Source: Pseudomonadales bacterium
Lineage (GTDB): Bacteria; Verrucomicrobiota; Verrucomicrobiia; Limisphaerales; UBA11358
Assembly (NCBI GenBank): GCA_035500235.1
Contig: DATJXK010000310.1
Span: 4,136-68,135 of the forward strand
Reading direction: 5' to 3'
Length of the DNA: 64,000 nt
Part shown: piece after piece, positions 61,997-64,000 of the stretch
Layout: each line of letters starts with the position of its first letter
Position numbering within the stretch: the first letter of the stretch is position 1
Notes under the pieces: model-generated
The model's database searches: none
What the model was told of the DNA's origin: nothing
The model's input: the letters and a program-made list of their open reading frames with translations, nothing else
Made by a program: the position numbers and the translations under genes

Positions 61997-64000
61997 GTTG
62001 CTGCTTCGTTTTCACCTGCAGAATCTTCCTTATCCTCGCCGACCACTGGCGCAATCGCTTGCAATTTATCGCCTTCGTCAAGACCAACAAGTTTTACACC
62101 CTGGGTATTACGCCCGGCCTCACGGATGCCGCTGACAGAAATGCGCACCATTTGGCCTTTGAACGTAATGAGCATCAGTTCGTCATTATCCTTTACCGTC
62201 AGAGCGCCAACGACCGCGCCGGTTTTTTCACCCGTTTTCATCGTGATAATGCCTTTGCCGCCGCGCGATTGGACGCGGTACTCCTCGAAATCCGTGCGCT
62301 TGCCGATGCCATTTTCGCCCGCCACCAACAGTTTCGCATCAGCCACTACCACAGCCAGCGCGACAACTGCGTCGCCTTTATATAGATCGATGCCACGTAC
62401 ACCGGCAGCCGAACGGCCCATTGCACGAACGCCCTTTGGCGTTCCGGGTTCATTACTTTCGTGTTCATTAAAGCGGATGCTCATACCATCGCGGGTAATG
62501 AGAATAACTTCGTTATTACCCGTGGTCAGTTTCACGTCAATCAACGTGTCTCCCTGCTCGATGCCAATGGCAATGATGCCGCCTTTACGCACATTGGCGA
62601 ACTCAGCAAGCGCAGTTTTTTTCACCGTGCCCTCGCGCGTCGCAAAGAAAACGTAGCCGGGCTGCTCCCAGGTCGAATCTTCCTTGCTCGAATTGGTCTT
62701 CGAAAGGACGCGAATCAGCGCGGCGATGGTCTCGCCCTGCTTCAACTCCAAAAGATTCGCGATGCTCCGGCCTTTGGAGGCGCGGCCCATGTCCGGAATT
62801 TCATGCACGCGTTCAACATAGACGCGCCCCAGGTTCGTGAAGAACATGAGATAATCATGCGTGCTTGCGGTAAAGAGATGCTCGATGAAATCCTTATCCT
62901 CTTCAGTGGCCGCTTCGCGGGTTGTCATGCCAATGACGCCCTTGCCGCCGCGCCGTTGCGCGCGATAGCTGGAAACATTCGTGCGCTTGATGAGACCGTT
63001 GTGCGTCAGGGTGATAATGACGCCCTCGTTTACAATCAAGTCCTCGATGGCGATTTCGCCTTCGTCCGGCACAATTTGCGTCAGCCGCGGCGTGGCGTAT
63101 TTTTCTTTAATGATCGTCAGCTCATTCTTGATGATGGTCATCACGCGTGATTCCTTGGCCAGGATGTCCAGCAGGTCTTTAATGCGCTCGAGCAATTGCT
63201 TGTACTCGCTCTCCACCTTGTCAATTTCCAGCGCCGTCAGTTGATACAGGCGCAATTCCAAAATCGCGTCCACCTGCCGCTCGGTCAGGGCGTAACGCCC
63301 CTGCTCCAGCCGCTCTTCACTGCGAATCAAGATCCCCCAGCGTTCAACTTGCTGTTGCGTCCACTCAAACGCCAGCAGTTTCACCCGCGCTTCATCGCGC
63401 GTCTTGGACTTGCGAATAATCGCGATAAACTCGTCCAGGTTCGCCAGCGCCACCAGATAACCTTCCAGCAACTCCGCACGCTCCTCAGCCTTGCGCAATT
63501 CAAAGCGCGTCCGGCGCAGGACCACTTCACGGCGATGCTCGATATAGCATTGGATGAGGTCTTTAAGATTGAGCGTCTTCGGCCGGCCATGGTCAATCGC
63601 CAGCGAATTGACCGCGAACGAAACCTCCAATTGCGTGTGCTTGTAAAGATTGGCGATGACGACTTTTGGATTGCCGTCGCGCTTGAGTTCCATCACGAGC
63701 CGCGTGTTCTCGTCCGACTCATTGCGCATCGCGGAAATTTCCGTGATGATTTTTTCATTCACCAGCTCGGCGATTTTTTCTTCGAGCGCGGCGCGATTCA
63801 CATTGAAGGGAATCTCCGTGATGACGAGCTGTTCGCGGTTGCCCTTCAATTCCTCCGAGCCAACCCGCCCGCGCAATTTCAAACTGCCGCGGCCCGTTTC
63901 AAAGTAATTTTTAATCCCCTCAACCCCGCAAATCATCCCGCCCGTCGGAAAATCCGGGCCTTTGATGAACTTCATCAATTCCTTGATGGTGATGTTCTGG
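61993..64000 (-). CDS. gyrA: DNA gyrase subunit A, C-terminal two thirds (5' end lies beyond the window)
   Basis: FIKGPDFPTGG, tower and coiled-coil regions, a six-bladed beta-pinwheel C-terminal domain with repeated ..T..G..KR... units, and an acidic tail. The frame is open to nt 64000. Confidence 0.95.
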   Translation of the reverse strand, partial: QNITIKELMKFIKGPDFPTGGMICGVEGIKNYFETGRGSLKLRGRVGSEELKGNREQLVITEIPFNVNRAALEEKIAELVNEKIITEISAMRNESDENTRLVMELKRDGNPKVVIANLYKHTQLEVSFAVNSLAIDHGRPKTLNLKDLIQCYIEHRREVVLRRTRFELRKAEERAELLEGYLVALANLDEFIAIIRKSKTRDEARVKLLAFEWTQQQVERWGILIRSEERLEQGRYALTERQVDAILELRLYQLTALEIDKVESEYKQLLERIKDLLDILAKESRVMTIIKNELTIIKEKYATPRLTQIVPDEGEIAIEDLIVNEGVIITLTHNGLIKRTNVSSYRAQRRGGKGVIGMTTREAATEEDKDFIEHLFTASTHDYLMFFTNLGRVYVERVHEIPDMGRASKGRSIANLLELKQGETIAALIRVLSKTNSSKEDSTWEQPGYVFFATREGTVKKTALAEFANVRKGGIIAIGIEQGDTLIDVKLTTGNNEVILITRDGMSIRFNEHESNEPGTPKGVRAMGRSAAGVRGIDLYKGDAVVALAVVVADAKLLVAGENGIGKRTDFEEYRVQSRGGKGIITMKTGEKTGAVVGALTVKDNDELMLITFKGQMVRISVSGIREAGRNTQGVKLVGLDEGDKLQAIAPVVGEDKEDSAGENEAAT

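Noticed and set aside
1-64000. Search for CRISPR arrays, tRNA or rRNA genes, transposases, integrases and phage genes
   Set aside because: Reading the spacers and the six-frame track showed no regularly spaced repeats with unique spacers. No tRNA-like T-arm motif (GGTTCGAATCC-type) appeared in any spacer longer than 100 nt. No DDE, tyrosine or serine recombinase-like ORFs were seen. Absence is by eye only and should be confirmed with tRNAscan-SE, Infernal and ISfinder-type searches.

Overview
64 kb of a moderately GC-rich bacterial chromosome, about 90% coding. By-eye GC of sampled 60-nt lines is mostly 55-70%, with a few dips to 37-42%. I infer a PVC-group origin (Verrucomicrobiota or Planctomycetota) from the gene content: a prepilin-type pseudopilin-like protein, a TIGR02999-like ECF sigma, a TIGR03790-like protein, and secreted proteins ending in ...FYRV. 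No search was run to confirm this.

The window is mainly housekeeping and envelope genes:
- Pho genes: phoB-phoR, pstSCAB-phoU and a PIN-PhoH2 gene.
- Core metabolism and replication: nnr, fmt, dnaE, a LOG-family gene, pabB, purE, beta-carbonic anhydrase, glnS, a manC-like gene and partial gyrA.
- An MdtABC-type RND efflux operon with an outer-membrane factor.
- An NtrC-type sigma-54 two-component system.
- Two ECF sigma factors and several secreted or lipoprotein genes of unknown function.

I saw no rRNA, tRNA, CRISPR array, transposase, integrase or prophage genes.

I did not find an unmistakable novel multi-gene system. The items most worth a second look are:
1. A near-consensus sigma-54 promoter with an upstream inverted repeat. 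It links the divergent NtrC-type system to a translationally coupled sulfotransferase and YfhO-like GT-C membrane-protein operon.
2. A second sigma-54-like promoter with no ORF downstream that runs into a strong bidirectional terminator. This is a candidate small RNA.
3. An AT-rich 240-bp array of TGTTACA and TTGAT direct repeats upstream of an ECF sigma that is fused to a transmembrane helix and a C-terminal domain.
4. A 48-nt palindromic element inserted in frame in fmt.
5. A beta-sandwich-like '...FYRV' module shared by secreted proteins, one copy of which sits inside a di-haem peroxidase-like enzyme.
6. A MazF/PemK-like toxin gene broken by a 1-nt frameshift, next to an AT-rich SGNH gene.

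All functional calls come from reading the translations and recalling family motifs. No database search was run.
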